From contig OY740812.1 of assembly GCA_963514005.1 (NCBI GenBank), positions 19,530,001 through 19,594,000 of the forward strand: DNA of 64,000 bases, given 5' to 3'. A program made the position numbers and the translations under genes. This document shows, in pieces, positions 51,823 to 64,000 of this stretch. The notes under the pieces were generated by a model, which saw only the letters and a program-made list of their open reading frames with translations, had not been told where the DNA came from and ran no database searches. The stretch's first letter is position 1, and each line of letters opens with the position of its first letter. The DNA is from Raja brachyura. Lineage: Eukaryota.

Positions 51823-54800
51823 CGAGCTTAACATCAAAAGGCCATCACCCTTCAGAAAACCTTTTCAAACCATCTTAAGGTTATGCACCCTGACCATTGA
51901 ACCTCCTGCTAAAATGTAATTCAAATGTATATGACGTTCAGTACTTCTATTTAAATCTATCCTTAATCCTTTCGCTCACAAATGAACTTCAGTTTCCCTG
52001 GTTCTTGCGCAATTGAACACACAAAAAACTGTCGACAATGTAATCTTTTTTGCACCTCATAACCTCAAAGCCTCTACAAAATGTTGCGCTCCGAGCTGCA
52101 CAAAATTAATTAGCTAAAGTCAAACCAGCATTTTATAAAGAGTTGGAATAGCTTTTTATACTCCATTGTCGCAAAATTCAATTGTTTAATGGTGCTTTGG
52201 CTGTGTTGTATAATTAAGATAGATTGTATCCAGCATGAAACACATTAATGACTAGTTTGAAGTTGTTTTGTGTCACACCGGAAATTCAGGACACATCTGG
52301 TCACGGATCTCCTGGTGCCAGCGGCTTCAGAAACATTGTGTTTGGGCAAACGGGATGATGGCATTGTTGGCGTAACACTCCCTGCAGAGCACAGCAAGAG
52401 ATCTTGAATTATGGTGCAGAGAGTATCTGGCACTGGATACTCCCTGGACAACATTGTGTACTTGGTGTAGCTCTGACTGGGGTATCTGTCAGGTTATCTA
52501 ATCTAGAGGCAAAAGCCAATAAATTATTTTCACTCTTCAGACCTCCATCTTACTGCATCAGATCCCAGTCTACATGCCATGATTTCCCTCCATCCCCTCC
52601 CACCGAATTGCCACATCGAATGGTTGACCCATTGAGTGTTAATATTCACATAATATTCTGTTAATGTTCATATCTCCAAATTTCCATCCAAATTCCACAT
52701 TGAGTTGCCAAATTTGCTTCCCCTTCCCCACCCAGATAGCTGTATGTCACTGTTAATTTCAGGATTCCATCCACACATTACAACTTCTGGTCTGATTTCC
52801 ACATCCCCACCAATGGCTGTTCCATGCAAATGTGCTACACGTCGTCCTTGAGACACAGACTTAACGTTTGTGGCAAAAGGTACAAGAGAGATGCAAGTCA
52901 CTACCTGCAGGGAGGTTGAAATAGAATCAATCAGTTCCTTTATCAGAAATAATTAGATCGGTACTTGAAACAGAGCAACTTGCAAGGTAATGGGGAATAG
53001 CAGGGGAAAATATTATTTTACATGGAACCAGCACAAGCTCAAGGGGCCGAACAACCTCCAGCTGTGCACTGATAATTTCATGATTCTATATCGGCTCAAC
53101 TACGTTTTTCCAGTGAAATAGATTCTAACACAAAGGCTCTCTTTACAATCTTGTTCAAACAAAAAACATATTGTCAGTGGTTTAATAACATTACATTATC
53201 AAAATTCAAAGTACAAACAAAACACTTTCACAGATTAGAAAAACCACCTCTCCAGAAAGTTGTAAACGTCATGTACATTTTTTGAAGAAGACTATTGGAG
53301 CAACAGAGTGATTATGGAAGCATATTTTTAATAATTGTAGATTTTTATTTTATTCATTCATGCTACATGGAGTTTGCAGGCTGAGCCAGTATTTAATTGA
53401 TCATTTAATAGACAAGACCCAAGGTTAGGCTGATCAGAAGATTATTAAAGAACATTACTCGGTAATCCTACACATTACCAGACAGTCTTAAATTGAAATT
53501 CAGAGCACGTTGTATCGGTCTGTACTTAACAGACTGATGCTTAACAAGCCAATGTAATTTGTATTGTACATGGAAAACATACAAGTGTGGAATGAAAGAG
53601 CAAGATACCTTAAATTACCCATTTGAAGATTTGCAAGCCTTATCTTTAATGGCTTCTTTGCATCAAGAATTGTTTCTTTAGATTAAATTGTTGCACCCTG
53701 ACTTTCTGAAAATTTAACAAATCAAATTAAAGAACTTAAATTAAAAAGAATGAAAGAACTAAAGACTGACCTTACTCATAAGTACATGAAATGATGGGAC
53801 TTTGGCTTTGGCTTATAGCAAAATCTAATAAAAAATATTTTTTTAATGATGTAAAAAGTTATAGGTTCACTGGTGAAACAAAAGGTTTCTTTCTGCATGA
53901 AAATGGGCCAGATTACAGGCCTGCTTATGCTAGTAAGAATTTAATTGTTTCGTTGTTTGTACACATGACATAAACCCTCTTAAATCTTGAACTTATTTTG
54001 CCACATTAGCCGTCATACATCTGAAGTTATGACTGGAACTTGAATCTATGGGAGTGACCAAGTTTCAACGTAAATTTCAACAGAATGCTATAAATAGTTT
54101 GAATATACATCTGTATGGAAGCTCTATTTTACTGTAAAATATCAGAATATATTTAGCTACACCGAGATTTTGCAAAGTATGTGTCTGTCACACTCATTCC
54201 AATTCAATACTCTTAAAGCACACAGATCAGAGAGATTGAGTAAAAAGTCAGCAGTGAAATGCAATAGGTTAGGCCAAAAAATTGTTCATCCAGCACAAGT
54301 TTAGTGCCCAAAATTGATTGTCAATCTGTCTTCTGAAGAGGGCTTGGTAAACTGAGAAATCTCACAAATTTCCAATTTTTGCTTATCAATGTAACATGCA
54401 ATAAAGAATAATTTTCTAATTTTCCTAGTTATAATAAAAGGTACATGACCTGAAACTTTAACCGCATCTCTCTCCGCTGATGCTGCATGACCTAATCCTT
54501 GTTTCAAACAGTTTATTTGTCCATCAGATTTCCAGCAACTTCCATTTTCACTTTTTAATTCAATAAATCGATTTGAAAGTGAATGCCATGCTTTAAAAAA
54601 AAAAGGCACACAGGGAAGATTCATTGATTTGTTTTTGTGGCGATAATGGTGGGAACTACATTTGAAAGATTGCAGTTAATATAGTAAATGTACATCTGCG
54701 CTATGAGGATCATGAAGAAACTGTATTCTATATCTTAGTCAGTATAGTGAAGAGTTTAATATACAACTGTAATATTCCTTGAAGCTAAGAAAGATCAAGC

Positions 54801-55394
54801 AATGGTACGATACAATCTAGCAATCAAAATATGGAAGATTCTTTCTACTTTTAGCCTGCTATAATTGCTCTTTATACTGATCAGGTGAAAAATAAGCACT
54901 CAATTTTGCTGCAACCCAAAGAAATGGCATACTGTTCTGGTAATCCAGATTGCTGAGCCAGTATAATTTATTTGGAATAAAACTGACAGATGTGACACGG
55001 AATGATTTCCCCCACCCACCCCCGAAAAATTAACGTGACTCGAAGATAATGCGAGTTGTACAAATTTTATTTGAGACATAATCATCTGAATAAGTTTCCC
55101 GACCCGAAACATCAGCTGTCCATTTCCTCCACAAATGCTGCTTGACCTGCTGAGATCTTCCAACACTTTATGTTTGTACCTATGCTATTGATTCTTTGGA
55201 ATGCTCAGTAAAGGTAATTAGAATAAAACTACCTTGACTATAGACTTGATTTGTAAAGGTAAGTACGCAACTGCTTGTTTTTGTTTTTGATTGTCAGCAG
55301 TGCACAGGCAATTAATTCTAACTAGATTAATTGAGAAACGTGGCACAAATTCTTTGTTCCACGTCAATAAAATACACCCATTATGTAATCACTG

Positions 55395-56245
55395 TGCAAT
55401 GATGCGAAGTCGGGTGACAGTACGAGCTGTAAAGCAAAGTGAGAGAATTCTGGGAGATAAAGAAAGACTGTATGAATGGGCAAGGATATGACAAATGGAT
55501 ATGATGTGGGGAATATGTAGGGTCATCTACATTTGGAGAAAAATAGAGATACAGAATATTTGCTAAATTACGATTGTAATCATTGAGCCATAGGTTTTCT
55601 TCTACACCAATCATTCAATGCTATATACAATTTGGAAGCAAATTGTATGCTAGTCTCTGGTACAAAATAATTTGTGAACAGGTGTAAAGAAATCCTACTT
55701 CAATTAAATAGGAGTGGTGAGACTGCACTTGGAGAATCTGCACAATGCACTAGTGTTAGAAGAAGGGCAGTGAATATTCATCAAAATTCATTCCTGGGAT
55801 AGGGTCTTCATTTCAATGAGGAACGTCTACCATGAATGGACCAATACTCTTTGAAGAGTAGGAAAATAGAAGGTGATTTAATTGAAAAAGCCAACATTAT
55901 TATTTGCAAACCAGCATCTGCAGTTTTGTTTCTAAAATTATTATGCAGCTTGACAGAGTGCTTGCACGAATGATGCATCCCTTAGCTGGGGTATCTGGAA
56001 CCAGGGTCATAGTTTCAAAGTATGGGTGCGACCGTTCAAGATTGGAACAAGAAGATTTTTCTTCAGCCAGAATATAATGATTCCTTTGTTATAGCAGACA
56101 AAATATTTTTACATATTTCAGGGAATCAATGATTTTGGAATGAAAGCTAGATAAATGGTACCAAGCGGAAAGATTAGCCACAATCTTCTTAAATGGCAAC
56201 ATAGGCCTGAGAGGTTGAATAGCCTTTCTTACTCATATTCCTTAA
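55395..56245 (+). mobile_element. Decayed CR1 LINE 3' portion
   Basis: RLYEWA..WQM..., ggaaccagggtcatagt (RTRGH-like) and CR1-type 3' UTR. Confidence 0.65.
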
Positions 56246-56754
56246 AGAAGCATTAAGGAAATATGATTCACACTGGAGGTTACTTTTTTCCAGGTTATAT
56301 TTTCAGACACCACACAAACAATTTTATCTCAGTAAAATCCTGACAATACCAATTAAATAAATAGTTAGATAAATAGTACTCAGCCTTTATAAATGGGAAT
56401 AGATGACAGAAGCATACTTAACCCAAAAACTAAGTTATCATGAAAACTTTTTCTACATTGAAAAACAATTTCATACAAGATAAACCTTTATTGTTGTTGG
56501 AAACAGTTAAAATGAACCAAATGTCAATGCCAAATTGCAGCTTCAAAAAACTCACAAAAATTGATTCTAAATCAATGACGACGTGAGATGAGGTGACAAA
56601 GGTGGGGCTTGAGAGGAGAGAGTGGAGTTTGAAGGGTATATGGAGTGAATTTATGTGGCTGGCATCTGACAGCATAGATGCCAAAGAATGAAACACAGAA
56701 GAACAAATGCGATTTGAATTCAGTTCAGTCAGTGATCACATGCAAAGTGGGTGG

Positions 56755-57548
56755 TCAAAAATGCTGGAGAAACTCAGCGGGTGAGGCAGCATCTATGGAG
56801 AGAAGGAATAGGCGACGTTTCGGGTCGAGACCCTTCTTCAGCCTGATGTGGGGTGGGGGGGGTCGGGAAAAAGAAATGAAGAGGCGGAGACAGTAGGCTT
56901 GTGGGAGAGCTGGGAAGGAGAATAGACAATAGACAATAGGTGCAGCAGAAGGCCATTCGGCCCTTCGAGCCAGCACCGCCATTCAATGTGATCATAGCTG
57001 ATCATCCCCAATCAGTATTCCGTTCCTGCCTTCTCCCCATATTCTCTGACTCCGCTATCTGTAAGAGCCCTATCTAGCTCTCTCTTGAAAGTATCCAGAA
57101 AACCGGCCTCCACTGCCCTCTGAGGCAGAGAAGTCAATATTCATACCACAGGGGTGTAAACTGCCCAAGTGAAATATGAGGTGCTGTTCCTCCAATTTGC
57201 ACTGGGCCTCACTCTGGCAATGGAGGAGGCCCAGGACAGAAAGGACCTTCTGAAAGGACCTCATATTTCGCTTGGGCAGTTTACACCCCAGCAGTATGAA
57301 CATTGACTTCTCCAATTTCAGATAGTCTTTGCTTTCTCCCTCCTTCCCCTCCCCAGCTCTCCCACAAACCTACTGTCTCTGCCTCTTCCTTTCTTGCCCC
57401 ACCCCACCCCGACATTAGTCTGAAGAAGGGTCTCGATCCAAAACGTCGCCTATTCCTTCTCTCCATAGATGCTGCCTCACTGGCTGAGTTTCTCCAGCAT
57501 TTTTGTCTACCTTCGGTTTTTCCAGCATCTGCAGTTCTTTCTTAAACA
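56755..57548. mobile_element. Penelope-like element 3' ends in inverted arrangement (minus copy 56755-57245 interrupted by a CR1 tail at about 56920-57128; plus copy 57255-57548)
   Basis: The minus strand encodes VLGLLHCQSEAQCKLEEQHLIFHLGSLHPCGMNIDF, the C-terminus of a PLE GIY-YIG endonuclease; the plus copy repeats LIFRLGSLHPS.MNIDFSNF; possible degenerate TSD acatg...gtggg. Confidence 0.85.
56814..56841 (-). ncRNA. Minimal hammerhead core, sense to the HDAC5 pre-mRNA
   Basis: Minus strand reads AGG-CTGAAGA-A-GGGTCTCGACCC-GAAA-CGTC-GCCT. Confidence 0.5.
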
Positions 57549-60500
57549 TGTCAGGTGGGAGTATCTGGAGTCATAGCACGTTGTGTTAGAGACTGAAAAC
57601 CATGTCTTTGCCCTTTACAATGTTCAACTAGAGTGAAACATTGATAGTGGTCCAGGACTAAATATTGGACTGAAGTTAAACAAGTTGACAAAAAAGGGGT
57701 CAACAATTATAACAAAGGTCTGTGACTCATCTGTCTTTGAATGGAATCTCACACATGCATCATATGCATGAGTCTGGAAGAGAAAGGGCTAGGTGAGTAC
57801 CTGTGTGGGCAACTGCGGAAATATATTGGTGTCGTGAAAAAATATATATTACAGAGGAAAGCAAGTTAGACAATTTTATTCAAATTCAAAGCTTCTGTGA
57901 AACAGTTCCTACTTTATATTGACATTGAACTTACCTTATAATGATAAAGTCAATGTGGGCTAGTGGAAAAAAAGAGTGGGAGGGAAACTCCCTGGAGATG
58001 CATTAGACCCATTGGGTTTAACACCACATGCAGCGCAACTTTAGAGTGACGTTAAATTGCATTTACAAGGAGCCCTAAGGAATTTATTGGATCTCTTACC
58101 ACATTTTAAACCTACCTGGAGTTAATTAAAATGTTTACAAAGTATGAATGCTGCAAACTACATGCTTTCATTGTTTCTTTTAACTATTGGCCTTTTAAAC
58201 TCATGTGAATAGAGAGAGGGTAGGCACAAAACGTTGGAGCAACTCAGCGGGACAAGCAGCTTCTCTAGAGAGAAGGAATGGGTGACGTTTCGGGTCGAGA
58301 CCCTTCTTCACACTGATAGTGTATCATGAGAGCTTCCTTTTAGCAAAATGTAACAGCTAAATCTTGCCATGACCACCATCCACAGCTAAAGCACAACGTG
58401 TCATGAAACACCTGTGTCCTTTTGTAATTGGTTACAGACAAGAGGGAGAGACTTTGAGTGAGTGAATGTTTTTTCCCCCAAACTGGAGCGAGGTATGCAT
58501 TGGATTCCTTTAAGCAGTCAGTAAAAGAGACACGATACAAAATTTAGTATGGTAAATAGGGAGTACGAAAGTAGCAGAAGCAGGAATATATAACTGAATT
58601 GGTTAAACATAAGAGGAATTAATAATTTCAGTTGTGTGGTCAGACTGAAAAAACTGGAATTGATATTATAAGAGAATACCACATCAGATATATTCCAATT
58701 TATGAAAAAAAATCAAGGAGCAGGCATTTATTGCTCAAGGCCACAGATTTATAATAATTGATAATAATTGGAGGGCTATCAAGTTTTGGAACACACCATA
58801 TGAAAGATTGGTGGATGCAGATTTCAGAGAAACGTTCAAAAGCCATTTATTTGAAAATGACTAATTTGGGGGAATTGCTGGGGTGTAGGACTAATTGGAC
58901 AGCCCTTTCCGAGAGCTAGCAGAGTAATGATTAATCAAATAGCTTCCTTCTTTATCGCAAGAGCTCATGGTTATTTACTTAATACCTTTAATTTGAAAAC
59001 ACTGAATTATTGGGATTTCACCTAAATCTAAAATTACTGCACTAAAAGAGATAAATTGAGGAGATTTAATTTTAGGAGACTATTTACATCTTGTATAGAG
59101 CTTATCCCCATGATCATCTGGTTTTACCCTATCAGATGCATCATACTCTCCCTACAGCTAACAAGCTTATTTTGCTTCCTTCCTAGTTCTGATGAAGAGT
59201 CTTCGACATGAGATATTGACTGTTTCTTTTCCTACAGATATGGCTTGAGTTTTTCCAGCATATTCTGAATTAGTTTATCGGGGATTACAGAAACTTGAGA
59301 GGACTGCATACAGAAATCTATTGATAGGATACCAATCATTGAATAGACAGGAGTTAGATGTCAAAAGGGTGAACATGGTTCACGAGGTGGGTTAGTGTCA
59401 TTGATGACAAGAAATATAAAACAATAAAGAAACTCTGTTTGTTCATATTTTGACTTGAATAATCTGATTTAAGACAAGTTCATTCCTAAAAAAAAATTTG
59501 GATTTGAATTCAGTCGATAGTTTCCCTGCATGGACAGATAGAGCATGCAATAATTGTTTTTTTTCAATCAATAATTACCCACACATCCAACAGAACAAAT
59601 AACAATATAATTAACACCTAGAATGTGAACCTAACTTCCACAATTTGAAAATAAATAAACAAGTGAAATAAGTTTTTATTAAAGATTTGGTTTGAAACGG
59701 TCAATTCCAAGGAGATCAGCTGAAGAAATTATGTTCTAGGAGTTACAGGTATAAAGAGTGCACCAAGCCACAATTAGTACATAGCTAAAAGTGAGGCACC
59801 CTGGGTTTGTGATGCCATCTTTACCAAAGTTAAATTTAGCTTCCTAAGAACCAGGCTAAATAAATCTGCGGTATCAATTTCTCTGAAAAATTAATTGCTC
59901 AGTATTTAAAGATAACTTTATCCAAAATAACGACGCTAATTTAAATTGTTCAAAAATACTTCAAGATAGACTGCAATGCAGAATTAGAACACTAATGTAT
60001 CATCCAAATTTGCAATCAATCAGACTGATCAGCTGAATTTTTTTTTAATTACATCCATAAAGTTCTTAATTTGAAGTTCAATTCAATTAAAAAACCCACT
60101 GATCGAATTACTGCAATTGGAAATAGTAAACGTTGCACCAATGTCATCAGAGAATAGAATGTAAAGTTGTGATTTAGTATGTAACATCAGAATAGATTTA
60201 GAGATGGGTGCTTCACCCCAATCTTAATTACTTTAGATTTGAATGATTGGTATAATTAACAGTACTCAAAAAGAAGCTCAACCTCAAAGAAAATATTAAT
60301 TTAGACTGTAAAAGGAATAATAGTTAATAGATAAATTAATACTACCAACAATACTCATTGTTTGACATTTTAGCATAATTATGATGTTTTAATCTGCAAT
60401 GAAACTAGGACCAATAATACAGCATAGCTAAGACATCTTAAACATTTACAATTTTCTGAATACAGTAGCATGGCTGTCAACTTTATTTTAATCATATCTA

Positions 60501-61104
60501 CTTAAACAAACAATGCACAAGTACCACAGATACAATTAGGTATTTACATTGATTGACAATGAGCAGAAGTTTACTTGCATTTATTCTGTAATGAGAGGGT
60601 GAAAGGGAATTTCCCCAATAATTTGTCCATAACACCCAATACACTTGCCATTGTATTTTGAGATCAGGACATGATGCTGTCAATCCTCTGAAACACTTAA
60701 CTATAATACTTTGTCCTTTCCTCTGATACAAAACCAATACCAATTCCTTTAAGGAAAGTGTTCATCTCACACGGTCAAATTGTGGTGCAGAGCAGACATA
60801 CTCCAGCTTTGACCTCTAATTATTGCACTTTGTTTTTGGAATCGTTACTGTAAGCCCATACTAAAACTAAACTAAAAATAAAATATCAATACAGCATTGG
60901 TTATTGTTTGCTAATACAATAATTGTAGCCTAAATTAATCATGAAAAGTTGAAGGGGATCAGTAGACCACAGGTGTAGATATTGGATTTGCTTAGAGGCA
61001 GTATGTTGTCAATAGTTATCGTAATTTATCCATATGACCTTCTAAATGAAAACATTTGATTGCTGCCTTAGTATGGAAATATTTTTCAATTCCAATATAA
61101 CCAA

Positions 61105-61410
61105 GAGGTTGATTGATTGAATTGATTGAACGGTACAGTATGGAAACTTGCCCTTCAACCCACCATACTGACAGCCCATTCACACCCGTTCTGTGTTATC
61201 CCACTTTTGCATTCTTCTTTACACACAAGGGGGAATTTACAGTGGGCAATTAATCCACAAACACACATGTCTTTGAGATACAGGAAAAAACTGAATGCCT
61301 GGAGGAAACGTGCCAGGGAGAACGTGCAAACTCCACACACACAGCATCCGAGGGCAGGACCAAACCCGGGTCTCTGGGGCTGTGAGGCATCAGCTCTACC
61401 AACTGCACAA
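61105..61410 (-). mobile_element. tRNA-derived SINE (HE1/V-SINE-like)
   Basis: (GATT)n tail, gggagaacgtgcaaactccacac core, acccgggtctctgg..ctgtgaggca head. Confidence 0.75.
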
Positions 61411-61669
61411 CCTTCCTGTCTGCAACTCTGCTGTGCTAGAGTGTTGCCTGTTAGTTTTTACTCTCATTTAAAAAATGATTAAACAGCCCATCTTGTTTGC
61501 ATTATGCCAACTGCAATTACAGCCATAATTGCTGGAAGTATATTGCAAAAGACATAATTTACAAAATTGCACGGACCCGGGAATTTAACGCATTCACCTG
61601 CGTAAACTATCTGTTTTGTTTCATAAGCAAATCCCTGAAGTACAGGGGATACAGGAGTATAATTAAGTA

Positions 61670-63118
61670 GGAAATCATGAGGGCAAAAAAATGGTATGGA
61701 ACAGCATTGGCAAAAAAGATCAAGGAAAATACAAAGAAAATTTTGAAGTACATTAAGGAAAAAAAGAGTAGCGAGCAAAGTAATAAGTCTATGTGGAGTC
61801 ACAGGAGATGGGCGAGATCCACAATGAATATTTCTACTCTGATGTTATGGTGGGGAAAGATATGAAGACTAAAGAACTCGGGAAAGTTAATGGGAACATC
61901 TTGGCGATAATCCACATTATTGTAGAAATGCTGCACATCTTAACATTCATAAAGAGAGATAAATCTCCAGGACCTGATGAAGTTCACCCAAGAACACACA
62001 GGGGAGCTAGATAAGAAATTGCAGGAGCTAAGCATCATCATTAGCCTTGAGTGAGATGCTGGAAGACTAGAGGGTGGATAAGAAATCAGTCATCCCTAAT
62101 TTCTTTTGTTAAGAATAACTGCAAAGAAAAACATGGGAAGAAAACTAGTAAACCATCATGACATTACAATACATGGAATGGCAGATAGTGAGGTTGCAGG
62201 TTCTTGATCAGCTGGTTATGTACTCCGAGGCTTGGCAACTGGAATTCAATTCAGATAAGTGCGAGGTGTTGCATTTGGGGGAGTCAAACTAGGATATGAT
62301 TTTTATAGTGAATGGTAGAGGAGTGTTGTAGAACATGTCAATTACAAACTTCCTTGAAGATTGTGTCACAGGTGGAGAGGGAGCTGAAGGATGTTTTGTG
62401 GCCTAGATCCCTTCAGTCAGGGGATTGAATATAGAAGTTTGGATGTTAAATTGCAGTTGTACAAGACGTTGCTGAGGTTGCATATGGGAGCACTGTATTC
62501 AGTTTTGGTCATCCTGCGAAAGAAGATGTCATTAATCTGGAATGAATGGAGAAAAGATTTACCAGGTTATTGTCAGGATTCGAGAGATGGGGTTATAGAG
62601 AGCGGTCGGGCAAGTTAGGACCTCAGACTGGGGTGGGAGATTGCAACCTTCACGTGGTCCACCCTGTTTCGACGAATGCAATCAACCCGGCGTGCACAAT
62701 CAAGTAAGATCAAATAGAACAAGTTGTCCTACAACTTTAGGCTGTGCACGCCATACGCAAGAAGAAGACCTCTGACTTGGGTGTGATCATATAGAGGGTT
62801 GTAAAATCATGAGGGGAATAGATAGGGTGAATTCACAATTATTATTTGCACAGGGTAGGGGAATAAAGAACTAGAGTTCACAGTGAATGAGGGGCGTTTT
62901 AGCAGAAACTTGAGGGGCAACTATTTCTACACAGAAGGTAGTATATGGACCGAGCTGCCAAAGGAAGTTGTTGAGGATAGTTCAATAACATTTAAAAAGC
63001 CATTGGACAGCTTCATGAACAGGAAAGGTTTGGAGTGCGTCCATGGGTCAAATGGGATTAGCTTAATGGGGCATCTTGTTTAGTTTGCTCAAAGGGCATT
63101 TTCTGTCCTGTATGACAC
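61670..63118 (+). mobile_element. Decayed, internally deleted CR1 LINE
   Basis: LAKKIKEN.K...KYI, KSPGPD.VHPR, FNSDKCEVLHLG and LQLYKTL.R motifs. Confidence 0.8.
62636..62766 (+). mobile_element. Short retroposed insert (5'-truncated LINE end or SINE) with an (AAG)n tail and about 17-bp TSD
   Basis: GACCTCAGACTGGGGTG (62619-62635) versus GACCTCTGACTTGGGTG (62767-62783); interrupts a CR1. Confidence 0.7.
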
Positions 63119-63543
63119 TGGAGATAGACATAAAATGCTGGAGTAACTAAGCGGAACAGGCAACATATGTGGAGAGAAGGAATGGATGAAGTTTCAGGTC
63201 GAGACCCTTCTTCAGACTGAGAATCAAGGGAGAGGCATAATGGCTCTATGACACTATGGCTGCTTTATTTGCCGAAACAAATGGAATTGAATATTCTACA
63301 ATCACCTATCATAATTCCCTTCATATTGTTTAATGGAAGCAAGGTCATTGGTGAAGACCAGCATGCCAGAGAGATTCTCCACCACGATGGCTGGGCTGAG
63401 ATGCCGTTCTGTGGAACTAGTGTGTCAATATCCTGGGTTATGGGACGATTGACCACCAACAAGAAAACGATCTTCCTGTGTGCAAGGTGTGACTTCAACC
63501 AAACCAGTGTTTTCCCCTTGTTGCCAAATACTATTATAAGGTC

Positions 63544-63731
63544 AACACAAAATGCTGGAGTAACTCAGCGGGACAGGCAGCATCTCTGGAGAGAAGAAAG
63601 GGGTGATGATTTGGGTTGACCCGAAATGTCACCCATTGCTTCTCTCCAGAGATGCTGTCTGCTCGCTGAGTTACTCCAGCATTTTGTGTTTACCGTCGAT
63701 TTAAACCAGCATCTGCAGTTCTTTCCTAAGC
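63544..63731. mobile_element. PLE-derived inverted-pair insertion with a 12-bp TSD
   Basis: Imperfect palindrome aacacaaaatgctggagtaactcagcg ... cgctgagttactccagcattttgtgtt plus pLTR tail; ATTATAAGGTCA at 63533-63544 and 63732-63743. Confidence 0.85.
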
Positions 63732-64000
63732 ATTATAAGGTCATAAGTTATATGAGCAGAAATTGACCTATCGGCACATCAAGTCTACTCCGTCATTCAA
63801 TCTTGGCTGATCTATATCTCCCTCCTAGCCCCATTCCCCTGCCTTCTCCTCGTAATCCCAGGCACTATGCCACTGTCACACCTGTTTAAATGCACTTTGT
63901 CCATGGAACTGATGTGCCTCAATGCTGTGAACTATATTCTGCATTATATATATTCTCCTTTGCTTTATCTATTGCACTTGAGTTTGACTTGATGGTATTG

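Overview
Eukaryotic (vertebrate) genomic DNA, most likely a cartilaginous fish such as a skate or ray (inferred from the HDAC5 sequence and the repeat landscape). The only protein-coding gene I can support is a class IIa histone deacetylase, HDAC5, on the minus strand. Nine consecutive GT-AG exons between 24.3 kb and 1.1 kb have fully compatible splice phases and encode the N-terminal regulatory half: PxDLR CtBP motif, Q-rich helix, MEF2-binding motif, 14-3-3 sites and NLS. The deacetylase domain lies beyond the left edge and the first coding exons were not found, so 24.3-64 kb appears to be one very large intron. The introns are filled with transposon relics: CR1 and L2/Rex-like LINE fragments, tRNA-derived SINEs, a near full-length Tc1 element, Tigger-like and Harbinger-like MITEs, a fossil Helitron helicase split by nested insertions, a cluster of non-autonomous Helitrons with G-rich satellites, and many Penelope-like-element (PLE) 3' ends. 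The most notable signal is that the PLE-derived repeat carries a minimal type-I hammerhead ribozyme core (CTGAAGA-A-GGGTCTCGACCC-GAAA-CG-TC). It repeatedly occurs as TSD-flanked inverted pairs, including a perfect palindrome with 92-bp arms and a hammerhead core on each strand. Repeat boundaries are approximate and family names come from motif recognition by eye, not database searches.
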